A stretch of DNA of 64,000 bases from Candidatus Zhuqueibacterota bacterium (lineage in GTDB: Bacteria; Zhuqueibacterota; Zhuqueibacteria; Residuimicrobiales; Oceaniaggregativiventaceae), in NCBI GenBank assembly GCA_014728115.1, contig WJME01000070.1, forward strand, positions 2,448-66,447, given 5' to 3'. Made by a program: the position numbers and the translations under genes. Of the stretch, positions 16,949 through 25,945 are shown in pieces (within the stretch, counting starts at the first letter, position 1; every line of letters starts with the position of its first letter). The notes under the pieces are model-generated. The model saw only the letters and a list, made by a program, of their open reading frames with translations, did not search any database and was not told where the DNA came from.

Positions 16949-19126
16949 ATGACCCTGACACCCCTTGCACTGCTTAAAAATACATTTGGTTATGCCGAAT
17001 TCCGTCCTCTGCAGAATGAGATCATCGACAGAGTATTGCAAAAGCGGGATACGCTCGTGGTCATGCCCACAGGCGGCGGCAAGTCTCTGTGCTATCAGAT
17101 CCCTGCCCTGCTGTTTGACGGCCTGACCCTTGTCATCTCTCCGTTGATCTCACTGATGCAGGACCAGGTTGCACAGCTGAAGCAATTAGAGATCCCGGCC
17201 GCATATCTCAACAGTACGCTATCGGCGCAGGAATTTCAGGACACGGCACAGGCCGTTCGGGAAAAAAAGCTCAAGATGCTATATATGGCCCCGGAAGGCC
17301 TGTTTTCCGAACGCACATTAGCATTGTTGCAACCTCTAAAGATCGACTGCATTGCCATCGATGAAGCGCACTGTATCTCGGAATGGGGTCACGACTTTCG
17401 TCCGGAATACCGGCAGCTGGTGCAGATACGCAAGACATTCGACTCTGCAGTCTGCATCGCCCTGACCGCGACAGCCACGGAACGCGTGCAAAAAGATATC
17501 ATGTCGAGCCTGGAGTTCAAGACCGACAGTGCATTTGTCGCCAGCTTTGATCGCAAAAACCTGTTTCTCCGGATGACGGAAAAACAGGATCAGACCGCGC
17601 AGCTGATCTCGTTTCTCAAACAACACCCTGAACAGTCCGGTATCATCTATTGCTTTTCGCGCCAGCAAACCAACGAGCTTTCGAGCTATCTCAAGCAAGC
17701 TGGGTATTCGGTGCTTCCCTATCATGCCGGACTGGATAATGCTACACGCAAAGAGAACCAGGAGCGGTTTGTGCGCGATGATGTACAGATCATGGTTGCC
17801 ACGATTGCCTTTGGCATGGGCATTGACAAACCCAATATCCGCTTTGTGGCGCATGTAGACCTGCCCAAGAATATCGAATCCTATTATCAGCAGATCGGAC
17901 GAGCGGGCCGGGACGGTCTGGACGCTGATTGTCTGTTGCTGTACGGGTATGGCGATATCGCCAAAAACCGCTATTTTATCGACCAAAAAGAGAACGAATC
18001 TGAACGACGCATCGCGACAATCCATTTACAGGCCATGGTGCAGCTGGCCGAAACGCATGTGTGCAGACGCATTCTGTTGCTCGATTATTTTGGGGAATCC
18101 TATGGCAAAGACCATTGTGGCAAATGCGACAACTGTCTCGAGAGCAAAGAGCTCCAGGATGTAACAGAAGCGGCTCAGAAATTCCTCTCCTGCGTCAAAC
18201 GAACCGAGGAACGATTCGGAGCCGGACATGTGATCGACGTCCTGCGAGGATCTGAAAACCGGCGTTTGCTCAATCTCGGGCATCAGCACCTGTCGACCTA
18301 TGGCATCGGCAAAGAGTTTTCCAAACAGGACTGGCAGTATCTGGCACGGCAGTTCATTTCCAAAGGATTATTGCGGGTGGATCCGGAATATGGCAGTTTG
18401 AAACTGACAGCCAGAGCACAGGAGGTTTTGTTCAAAGAGGCACCGGTAGAGGTGGTGGCCAAACCACAGCATCGTCAAAGTGAAATGGACATGCCCTCGC
18501 CGCAGGAAACAGAGTATGATCCAAAGCTGTTCGAACTGTTGCGTTCCAGACGAAAAACCCTGGCTGATGGCCAGGGGGTCCCCCCGTATGTCATCTTTCC
18601 TGACAAGACATTGATGGATATGGCCGCCAGGTATCCGCAAAACAGCAATGATATGATGAATATCTTTGGCGTGGGTGCAGTGCGAAATAAACGGTATGGT
18701 CCGATCTTTTTAAGGATTATCACGGCATATTGCCAGGAACACGAAATCGACCGGGACCGATACCGGACAAACAGAGCCCCCAAAAAGGACACCACCCCGA
18801 AAAAATCCCCTCGAACCACCCAAATCGGAGAATCCTTTGCCGGGGGCCGGTCGATCAGGGAATTGCAGGATCTGTATAAAATAAAGCGATCCACTGTCAT
18901 CCACCATTTGCAGGATTATATCATGCAGGGCAACTCGTTGCCGTGTGCGTTTTTGCAAAAAGAACTCGATCCTCAATTCGATCAAAGAGCTCTGCAAGAG
19001 GCATTCGACACCCTGGGAGCGAGATTTTTAAAACCGGTGTTCGAGCATTTCAACGGCAAAATTCCCTATGAAGAGTTGCACCTGCAACGATTGCATTATG
19101 TTTGCAAACGAAAAAGAGCGGACTAG
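16949..19126 (+). CDS. recQ: ATP-dependent DNA helicase RecQ (long form with HRDC and a C-terminal HTH-like extension)
   Basis: Motifs PTGGGKSLCYQIPA (Walker A), DEAHCISEWGHDFRPEY, ATIAFGMGIDKPNIRFV, the zinc cluster CRR...CGKCDNC and the HRDC-like LADGQGVPPYVIFPDKTLMDMA. Confidence 0.95.
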   Translation: MTLTPLALLKNTFGYAEFRPLQNEIIDRVLQKRDTLVVMPTGGGKSLCYQIPALLFDGLTLVISPLISLMQDQVAQLKQLEIPAAYLNSTLSAQEFQDTAQAVREKKLKMLYMAPEGLFSERTLALLQPLKIDCIAIDEAHCISEWGHDFRPEYRQLVQIRKTFDSAVCIALTATATERVQKDIMSSLEFKTDSAFVASFDRKNLFLRMTEKQDQTAQLISFLKQHPEQSGIIYCFSRQQTNELSSYLKQAGYSVLPYHAGLDNATRKENQERFVRDDVQIMVATIAFGMGIDKPNIRFVAHVDLPKNIESYYQQIGRAGRDGLDADCLLLYGYGDIAKNRYFIDQKENESERRIATIHLQAMVQLAETHVCRRILLLDYFGESYGKDHCGKCDNCLESKELQDVTEAAQKFLSCVKRTEERFGAGHVIDVLRGSENRRLLNLGHQHLSTYGIGKEFSKQDWQYLARQFISKGLLRVDPEYGSLKLTARAQEVLFKEAPVEVVAKPQHRQSEMDMPSPQETEYDPKLFELLRSRRKTLADGQGVPPYVIFPDKTLMDMAARYPQNSNDMMNIFGVGAVRNKRYGPIFLRIITAYCQEHEIDRDRYRTNRAPKKDTTPKKSPRTTQIGESFAGGRSIRELQDLYKIKRSTVIHHLQDYIMQGNSLPCAFLQKELDPQFDQRALQEAFDTLGARFLKPVFEHFNGKIPYEELHLQRLHYVCKRKRAD

Positions 19127-19147
19127 CATCGCTGTCCGCCCTGAACC

Positions 19148-19552
19148 TCACCATATGATTTCAACATGCCCCCATTCATGAATTTTTTTATCCCGTGTGA
19201 CCAGAGGCACCTGATATTTCAGAGCGGTTGCCGCGATAAGGCGATCCGCCGGGTCTCCATGAAAATGGCCTGGCAATCGGGTCGACAGGACAGCAATCTC
19301 GGGATCGATGGAAATCAGATTGATTCCGGGAGTCTCCAATGCTCTGTTTATCCACAACTGAACATCCAGATTCAGCTTGAGGCGTTCTTTGGCCACCAGC
19401 ATGGCGATTTCCCAACAGGAAATCACATTGACATGCATTGTTTCTGTCTTTATTATTTGCTGCAATGCATTGGGAGACAGTTCATCTAGACTATCATTTA
19501 CCCAATAGAACCAGACATGCGTGTCCAGCAGAATCACTTTTCTGCCTCCCAC
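19148..19552 (-). CDS. vapC: PIN-domain toxin (VapC-like)
   Basis: VILLDTHVWFYWV...WEIAMLV...FHGDPADRLIAATAL...PLVTRD is a PIN acidic-residue pattern. The alternative GTG start at 19537 would give a GTGA start/stop overlap with the antitoxin gene. Confidence 0.8.
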   Translation of the reverse strand: MGGRKVILLDTHVWFYWVNDSLDELSPNALQQIIKTETMHVNVISCWEIAMLVAKERLKLNLDVQLWINRALETPGINLISIDPEIAVLSTRLPGHFHGDPADRLIAATALKYQVPLVTRDKKIHEWGHVEIIW

Positions 19553-19758
19553 TCTTCATCGACAGGAGAAACAATATCCCCGATATAAATGGCAGCATTT
19601 TTCAAGGGCTTTTCCGGGCTTGTTTCGGTGGTAAAAGGCACGAGTTTGGCCACAGGTTTGCCGTGACGCGTCACGACGATATTTTCGTGTGACTGATGAA
19701 CATGCTTTATCAGGGCCAAACATTTGGCTTTGAATTCACCTGCAGGGATGGTTTTCAT
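19534..19758 (-). CDS. Phd/YefM-family antitoxin
   Basis: 74 aa. MKTIPAGEFKAKCLALIKHVHQSHENIVVTRHGKPVAKLVP is the canonical Phd/YefM N-terminus. It lies directly upstream of the PIN gene and overlaps it. Confidence 0.8.
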   Translation of the reverse strand: MKTIPAGEFKAKCLALIKHVHQSHENIVVTRHGKPVAKLVPFTTETSPEKPLKNAAIYIGDIVSPVDEEWEAEK

Positions 19759-19788
19759 AAATCACTCTCTAAATTATGACTAAAAATA

Positions 19789-19804
19789 TTTGACCATAGT
19801 CAAA
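19789..19804. promoter_or_regulatory. Palindrome TTTGAC-CATA-GTCAAA upstream of the phd/vapC pair (candidate autoregulatory operator)
   Basis: Perfect 6+4+6 dyad about 30 nt upstream of the antitoxin ATG (19758). Confidence 0.4.
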
Positions 19805-19912
19805 ATATAGTGAATCTATGTCTTGTTGTCAACAACAAAGTGTTGCAGAATGCAAATTGTTCTGGCACGTATAAAGAAATCCCGCAAGGTCTCATCTGCC
19901 TGGCATCCGCAA

Positions 19913-21631
19913 TCAGTTCTTTTCCGGCAACCGGTAGGGTAAATATTTCGGTACCCACATGGCCGCGCGGATCATATTCAAAAGCGCATCATCTTCTGCA
20001 CGAATGCCCAGGCCCGACTCTCGTGCTTCTTTAGCGACAGCCAGGGCCACCTGGGCCGAAACCATTCGGATATCTTCTATAGAAGGTAGCATCTTTCCCT
20101 CCTCGAGATCCGATTCCGGTACCATGTGACTCAATGCTTTGGAAGCGGCCATGAACATTTCATCGGTCACCTTGTGGGTATGGCAGACCAGCGCACCCAG
20201 TCCCACTCCCGGGAAAATATATAGATTGTTGCACTGTGAGGTAATGCGTGTCTGGCCATTGATCTCTACGGGTTTGAACGGACTGCCGGTAGCGATCAGG
20301 CATTTTCCATTGGTCAATGTTAAGGCAAATTCAGGAGTGCATTCGGCTTTGACTGTTGGATTAGAGAGGGGCATGATCAATGGCCGCTCGGTATTCTCTG
20401 CCATGGCCTTGACAATCTGCTCATCAAATGCACCGCTCTGACCGGTGACACCGAACAGGACCGTGGCTTTGGCGTTGCGGATGGTGTCCAGCAGCGAGAT
20501 AACGTTTGGATTTTCCAGGTCCCATTCAGAGACGTGGTTACGATCTTTGACGAACAATTCTTGCTCATCCCGGAGTTCCATACCCTCGACCAGCAAGCCC
20601 TCTTTATCGATACCGAAAATTCTCGCCCGTGCCTCTTTATCGCTGAGTCCTTCCTGACGTAAACCGGTATAGATCTGGCGTCCGATACCGACACCGGCCT
20701 GTCCCTGGCCAAACAACACAAATACCTGGTCGCTGAGCTTTTCTTTTTTGATACGCATGGCAGAGAAAAGCACAGCCATAGCGACCGAACCGGTGCCCTG
20801 AATATCGTCATTAAAAGAGAGAATGCGTTCCTTGTATCTGTCCATCAGCCGGAAGGCATTGTTCTTGCCAAAATCCTCCCATTGTAACAAGGCTGCCGGA
20901 AATTTGCGGCGAACAGCGGTCACGAAATGCTCCACCACACGATCATATGCATCGCCTGTGAGTCGTTTTTGACGCACACCGATATAGAGGGGATCATTCA
21001 AGAGGTCTTCATTATTGGTTCCCACATCCAGCAGAATCGGCAGGGTATAGGCCGGATGAAGTCCGGCAGCTGCGACATACAGACTGATCTTGCCGATCGG
21101 AATACCCATGCCACCGGCACCGAGATCCCCGAGTCCCAGGATGCGTTCACCATCGGTCACGACGATCAGGGAGACATTGGAAAAAGGGGCACAATTGAGC
21201 AGGTCATCGATCATATCGATGCGGTTGCTATTGACATAGAGCCCCCGGGGTCGGCGAAAAATATGGCTGAACCGCTGACATGCCTGGCCTACCGTCGGTG
21301 TATAGACAATAGGCAGCATTTCTGACAGGTGATCGAGAATCAAAGAATAAAAAAGCGTCTCGTTGCGATCCTGCAGGCTGACCATATAGATATACTTTTC
21401 CAGGTCATTCGCTTTGGTTGAAAAGCTCTCATAGGTGCGCTCTTTTTGATGCTCGAGCGTAAAGACAGCTTCCGGAAAGACCGAGCACAAGTTAAAGGCC
21501 AGTCTTTCTTCATGTGTAAAGGCGGTTCCTTTGTTAAAAATCGGATTGCCGGTCAGGGCCTGGCCTCTGAAAGGGATTTCGAGATATTCCTCACCGGAAA
21601 AGGGGTCCCGGTGTTTCTCGTAGGTAAGCAT
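19913..21631 (-). CDS. maeA: NAD(P)-dependent malic enzyme (single-module, MaeA/SfcA-like)
   Basis: I chose the start at 21631 (ATG with AAGGAGG 5 nt upstream) over the track start at 21685. Motifs NKGTAFTHEERLAFNL, VVTDGERILGLGDLG and SFNDDIQGTGSVAMA (malic enzyme signature). Confidence 0.9.
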   Translation of the reverse strand: MLTYEKHRDPFSGEEYLEIPFRGQALTGNPIFNKGTAFTHEERLAFNLCSVFPEAVFTLEHQKERTYESFSTKANDLEKYIYMVSLQDRNETLFYSLILDHLSEMLPIVYTPTVGQACQRFSHIFRRPRGLYVNSNRIDMIDDLLNCAPFSNVSLIVVTDGERILGLGDLGAGGMGIPIGKISLYVAAAGLHPAYTLPILLDVGTNNEDLLNDPLYIGVRQKRLTGDAYDRVVEHFVTAVRRKFPAALLQWEDFGKNNAFRLMDRYKERILSFNDDIQGTGSVAMAVLFSAMRIKKEKLSDQVFVLFGQGQAGVGIGRQIYTGLRQEGLSDKEARARIFGIDKEGLLVEGMELRDEQELFVKDRNHVSEWDLENPNVISLLDTIRNAKATVLFGVTGQSGAFDEQIVKAMAENTERPLIMPLSNPTVKAECTPEFALTLTNGKCLIATGSPFKPVEINGQTRITSQCNNLYIFPGVGLGALVCHTHKVTDEMFMAASKALSHMVPESDLEEGKMLPSIEDIRMVSAQVALAVAKEARESGLGIRAEDDALLNMIRAAMWVPKYLPYRLPEKN

Positions 21632-21776
21632 ACGACCTCCTTTTAGCATTAGCGACAAATGACTAAAAAAGAACGAATAGTTCAATATCTGAAATTAAAT
21701 GGCATGAAACAAGAAGAATCGAGGAAATTCAATAGAATAAAACACCTCTTTTCTTGCCGTTAACATGAGAGTATAG

Positions 21777-22037
21777 TTATTTACAAAAGATGGCCAGGTT
21801 CGAAGAATTGTTGAGAAAACATACCTGGTTATAAAAGGCAGCACAGGAACGAATTTCTGCAATCCCGGGTCGATTGGAGAGGGATTGCTTGAACGTTATG
21901 GTATTCCTGCCCTTGTTTATGAATTGAACGCCAACTGGTTAGCTGGTCGTCAAAAACCACCCCTTTCCTCTGACTGGCTTGAGCTGGGACAAGATTTGCG
22001 GAAGGTATTTCTTGAATATTTTAACCCGATAATTTGA
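21777..22037 (+). pseudogene. Start-less 86-codon reading frame resembling the C-terminal end of a larger enzyme, possibly M14-type carboxypeptidase-like (gene remnant)
   Basis: My own translation of the frame ending at TGA 22035-22037: ...VIKGSTGTNFCNPGSIGEGLLERYGIPALVYELNANWLAGRQKPPLSSDWLELGQDLRKVFLEYFNPII*. There is no in-frame ATG/GTG/TTG with an RBS, and a TAG lies immediately upstream at 21774-21776. The composition is protein-like, unlike typical intergenic sequence. The family guess is weak. Confidence 0.3.
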
Positions 22038-22043
22038 ATAATT

Positions 22044-23279
22044 CTAGACATCAATAACGCTGCACAGGGAAGGATGTGAATATCTCACATGATTCAGCAT
22101 CTCTTTTTTCTTTTCTCTCAAAAATGCAAATGAACAGGTCGAGTGTCTCTCCAATTTTTGTAAAGTATCGGGAGTAAAAAATTCCGGCATCAGGCCGATG
22201 CTTTGGATCAGGAGCATGTTGATGCTTTTTTGCATGAGCGGCAAAAACGCTCCGGCTGTTTTTGCCATCCTGTTCATGACTTTTGCTCCGAATACAAAGG
22301 TATGATTTACCATCTGTGCACGTCTGAGCAAATCATCATCAAAGGTAAAAATCGTGAGTTGATTTGCCTGATGATCGTGCTGCAGATCGCGGAGATCATC
22401 GACAAACTGCAAATAGGCACCATACCCGTATAGAAAGCGGATTTGCTCCGCGGAAAGCTCACCCTTGACCAACGTCCCGTCGGCAATGACCGAGGTCCCT
22501 CCTTTTTCCAGGCTGATACGTAATATATGTTCAAAGGAAACAGATGATTTGGGATCGATCAGCCGCATGCTGGTGATTTGAGCTCGATGAATCGCCTGAA
22601 TCGATGCATAGACCATTGGAAAAGAGGATCGCGGAAACTGTTCCTCGATCATGTGGATCAGCTCATAGATCCTGGATTCATGGGCACTGTTTGGCGTGAC
22701 TGGTTTTCCCGCCAAACGCAGAGCAAGTCGTTGATTGAATCCCGCCTTTTCCTCTTTAGAGATATCAGGATCATCCACATAATTATCTGTATAAGGATAG
22801 AGAAGGGAATAGGCCAGCAGTGCAGGAGTAAGTTTTACCGGTTCGTGCATCATACGCTGCAGACCATTGACAATCCAGAGATTGCGCACCGCCTGAAAGA
22901 TTTCGGATTGTCCCAGATTCGAATCAAACTCCCGGGCCATTTCAACAAACTCGAATGTTGCGGATTTGAATTCCTCTCCAAAGATGTCAAGGCTTTCGCT
23001 CTCGCTCAGATCGAGCACAATCTGCATGGCTTGTCTTAAAAATGGCATAAAGGGTTCAATTTTATCGCGCGACCACCACTCGATTATGGCAGAATCAGTC
23101 TGAATTCGTGGCATCTGTTGGAAAAGGGTTTGCAACTGGTCTTCCTTTGCGGTCTGTTCGCAACGGGAAAAGAAAGGTAAGGTGAATTCATTGCTGCAGG
23201 AAAACCAGAGATCGATATACTCTTGGTTCAAACGGTGTATGGCGGTATCAGGTGTACTGGATAGGTATTCAACGGTCAT
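22044..23279 (-). CDS. Divergent class-I isoprenoid synthase fold protein (squalene/phytoene synthase-like)
   Basis: I prefer the start at 23279 (ATG, GAGG 6 nt upstream) over the TTG at 23318. There are two Asp-rich motifs about 130 residues apart. LLYPYTDNYVDDPDISKEEK compares with the SQS motif ALDTxEDDxxISxExK. YGAYLQFVDDLRDLQHD compares with the SQS motif LQKTNIIRDYLED. The protein is all-helical by composition. Confidence 0.4.
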   Translation of the reverse strand: MTVEYLSSTPDTAIHRLNQEYIDLWFSCSNEFTLPFFSRCEQTAKEDQLQTLFQQMPRIQTDSAIIEWWSRDKIEPFMPFLRQAMQIVLDLSESESLDIFGEEFKSATFEFVEMAREFDSNLGQSEIFQAVRNLWIVNGLQRMMHEPVKLTPALLAYSLLYPYTDNYVDDPDISKEEKAGFNQRLALRLAGKPVTPNSAHESRIYELIHMIEEQFPRSSFPMVYASIQAIHRAQITSMRLIDPKSSVSFEHILRISLEKGGTSVIADGTLVKGELSAEQIRFLYGYGAYLQFVDDLRDLQHDHQANQLTIFTFDDDLLRRAQMVNHTFVFGAKVMNRMAKTAGAFLPLMQKSINMLLIQSIGLMPEFFTPDTLQKLERHSTCSFAFLREKKKEMLNHVRYSHPSLCSVIDV

Positions 23280-23606
23280 ATAGGCCTCATTTTTCGATTT
23301 AATAGACTTACGTATCAATCGACTTACGGTTACAGATTTTTCATCAGCCCTATCATAATATTTATGGCATGATGTTTGAGTGAAGGTTGTTGTTTCCAGG
23401 TATCAACTAGTCGAAAAACAGAGAATCATAATGTCTCACCCACATGGCGCCTTGAACCCAATTCTATTATAAACAGATATTTGCCACCAAGAAAATTGCA
23501 AAAAATCAAATAAACCGATGTAAACGATCGACAAAAGAGTTTGTCATGAAAAAGAGAGGTTTTTAGCATTATTGACATAAATTCATTACAACCATGGAGG
23601 CTACAC

Positions 23607-25085
23607 ATGAAATTCGCTAAAGTTTTTGCATTGCTATGCCTGACATCAAGTATGGTGTTTTCCCAATTTGTGGTCAAAGAGGGCACAACAACCTATTTAA
23701 AGGTGGATAAAACCTCCGGAGATGTCGCGATCGGAGATTTTGAACCTACAGCCAAGCTGGATGTTTCCGGCTCCATCCGCTTTCGAACGCTGGTCAAGGG
23801 CACCTTGACCAATCCCGTTCTTACTGTGGATGCAGAAGGTAATCTCGGCGTTGTGGAAGACAAGCAAGGCAGTGGTGCCGATGGCGTCGTCACCGGTGCG
23901 AGTATAAGTGGTACGGCAAACAAAACCATTACTCTGACCCGAAGCAATGGCCTGGCGAACATTACCGGCACCTGGACAGACAATGTCGATGATGCGGATG
24001 CGGTGATTGGCAACGAGTATCCCACGGCAGGAAACGGAATCGCTGTCTCCGGCAGACAGGTCAGCGCCAAGGTCGACAATTCCACGATCAAATTCAATGG
24101 CTCCGGCCAACTCTATGCCGATGTCAGCATGACCGAATCCGATCCGGTATGGACAGCCGATAAAACCGATTATTACACCAAAACCAATCTCAATTCCAGC
24201 GGCACCATCAATGCCTCCGGCAATCCGGTAGACTGGACAAAGCTCAAAAGCGTTCCTTCGGGATTTGCCGATGGAGTCGACAATGTCAATCCCGGCGATA
24301 TCACCGCAGTCAATGCCGGGTCAGGGCTTGCAGGTGGCGCGACGTCCGGTTCTGCCACTCTGAGCATTGCAACCGGTGGTGTCACCAGCGCCATGATCGC
24401 CAATGGTACAGTCTCGAGTACAGATATCGCTGATGGCACCATTACCTCGACAGACATTGCCAACGAGACCATCACCTCTGCCGATGTGGACAATAACAGC
24501 CTCACCGCAGCGGATCTCAATGTCAATGTCGTGAGCAGTGTCGACGGCGTCACCAATGACGGCGGCAATATCGATCTGGTCGCCGGCAGCAACATCACGA
24601 TCAGCCCCGATGATGGCAATAACAGAATCACGATTGCAGCGTTGGGTGACGGATTGAGTATGTCCAGAAATTCCACCGCTTTGTCGACAGCAGAGCTCTC
24701 TCTTGGCACTACATGGACGGACATCCTCCAAATCTCTGTACCTGCAGGGCATGTGCATATCGTTGGCCAGCTTATGGGAACAATTTCAAAAACATCAACT
24801 AGCGGAGTGGCTGGGATCGATATACGGTTGGTAAATCAAAGACTTGGAAGCTCGGGCACCGGAGGACGAGTCTGTAATGCCGGAGATGGCGTTCTTAATG
24901 ATGCGGGCACGGGGACGGTAACCTATACCCACTCTTCGAATGTAAATGAAACCATTATTCTGCAAGCCAAAATCTCCAAATGGCCTACCAGTGTTTCTGC
25001 GACCGGAGTAGCCCATGGTACAGCGTGGCAACCCTCAGAAGGTTACGGCGAACTCACACGATTGAGCTGGATGGCCTGGAATTAA
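23607..25085 (+). CDS. Secreted tail-fibre-like / adhesin-like repeat protein
   Basis: Signal peptide MKFAKVFALLCLTSSMVFSQ. The motif GDVAIGDFEPTAKLDVSGSIRF is the one seen at the start of many FCB tail-fibre-domain proteins. Short repeats IANGTVSSTDIADGTITSTDIANETITSADVDNNSLTAADL follow, and the composition is Thr/Gly/Ser/Asn-rich. Confidence 0.6.
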   Translation: MKFAKVFALLCLTSSMVFSQFVVKEGTTTYLKVDKTSGDVAIGDFEPTAKLDVSGSIRFRTLVKGTLTNPVLTVDAEGNLGVVEDKQGSGADGVVTGASISGTANKTITLTRSNGLANITGTWTDNVDDADAVIGNEYPTAGNGIAVSGRQVSAKVDNSTIKFNGSGQLYADVSMTESDPVWTADKTDYYTKTNLNSSGTINASGNPVDWTKLKSVPSGFADGVDNVNPGDITAVNAGSGLAGGATSGSATLSIATGGVTSAMIANGTVSSTDIADGTITSTDIANETITSADVDNNSLTAADLNVNVVSSVDGVTNDGGNIDLVAGSNITISPDDGNNRITIAALGDGLSMSRNSTALSTAELSLGTTWTDILQISVPAGHVHIVGQLMGTISKTSTSGVAGIDIRLVNQRLGSSGTGGRVCNAGDGVLNDAGTGTVTYTHSSNVNETIILQAKISKWPTSVSATGVAHGTAWQPSEGYGELTRLSWMAWN

Positions 25086-25343
25086 CCTAGTAGAAATTGA
25101 ATCGATAAATATAAACACAGAATGAAGGATTTGGAATCAAACACCTTGATTCCAGATTCTTCATTCGAGTCCGAGTCCCTATGTACCTTATAGTACATCG
25201 ACGAACCAAAAGGAACACCTACCTACCTGAGCGGACACCTTCAGACATCTAAAAAACAGTACATTAGAAAAACAACCCTGATTTGGCCCGGCTTTTGCCA
25301 GACATTGGCACAAGAATCGACTAGCATTTTGAAAGGAAGGGTC

Positions 25344-25764
25344 ATGAGAGGATTAATGTGTGTTTTGTTGTTGTTGGCCACAATGCAATCAACACTTGCA
25401 CTCCCCCAAAACGGCGTCGTCCATGTGGTATTGTTTATGCATAATAAAGATTCAGCCCTGGTCGAACTCTACAAGACCGGCAGCGTGAGTCCCGATAAAA
25501 TGCTCACTGCAGCCCTGGTAAACCATCAAAATTTCGATGCCTATTATACCCCCCGTTACAAAGCCGAGGTTCTGGATCCTCTGCTCGAGATGCAGGCCCG
25601 TGGACGAGGTCAAAGCATGGGATCGGGAGTTGAATCAGGGAGAACACACGCTGCGCTGGAACGGACAAGATCGCTATGGCCGGATCGTCCCTTCAGGTAC
25701 GTATTTTATTCAAATGACCGGGGATCAAATCCAACAGGTGATAAAGATGCAGATGATCCGATAG
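25344..25764 (+). pseudogene. Small secreted protein with an FlgD-Ig/T9SS-like C-terminal domain, split by a frameshift near 25585-25600
   Basis: Frame 1 starts at ATG 25344 (GGAAGG upstream) and reads MRGLMCVLLLLATMQSTLALPQNG...YKAEVLDPLLEMQ, then becomes Gly/Arg/Ser-rich sequence with no recognisable motif. The next frame (track ORF 25537..25764) ends VDEVKAWDRELNQGEHTLRWNGQDRYGRIVPSGTYFIQMTGDQIQQVIKMQMIR. That is the pattern of FlgD-Ig / T9SS C-terminal sorting domains (GxHxxxWdG.D..G..vpSGvYfy...). Confidence 0.6.
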
Positions 25765-25838
25765 GTCATTAAAGCAAATTGAGGCTCCAGGGAAGAATAA
25801 AGAGCAACTTTCTTGTTGGGGGCAACAGGACAAGTCCG

Positions 25839-25903
25839 GAATTGAGAATTAAGAATTGAGGAAAATCTTGGCAAGTCATTTTAAATTCTCAATTCTCAAT
25901 TTG
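25839..25903. repeat. Inverted arrays of the heptamer GAGAATT between convergent genes (probable bidirectional terminator structure)
   Basis: GAATTGAGAATTAAGAATTGAGG at 25839-25861 faces AAATTCTCAATTCTCAATTTG at 25883-25903. A second small hairpin, CTTGTTG-GGGG-CAACAGG, lies just upstream at about 25811-25828. Confidence 0.5.
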
Positions 25904-25945
25904 AACAAATATGCAATGAGAGCAGATATATGGGGTTGCTGCGGA

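Noticed and set aside
17336-18025. 229-aa minus-strand ORF inside recQ. Similar long antisense ORFs occur at 5398..5886, 36376..37107, 39575..40195, 41714..42400, 51189..51647 and 59028..59417.
   Set aside because: Each lies opposite a gene with strong family motifs and lacks any motif or RBS of its own.
21659-21763. 34-codon mini-ORF MTKKERIVQYLKLNGMKQEESRKFNRIKHLFSCR upstream of the malic enzyme gene
   Set aside because: It is too short, has no RBS, and lies in the promoter region of a divergent gene. I cannot support it from sequence alone.
23426-23686. 86-aa minus-strand ORF overlapping the start of the tail-fibre-like gene
   Set aside because: It is AT-rich promoter-region sequence with no RBS, and it overlaps a better-supported gene.
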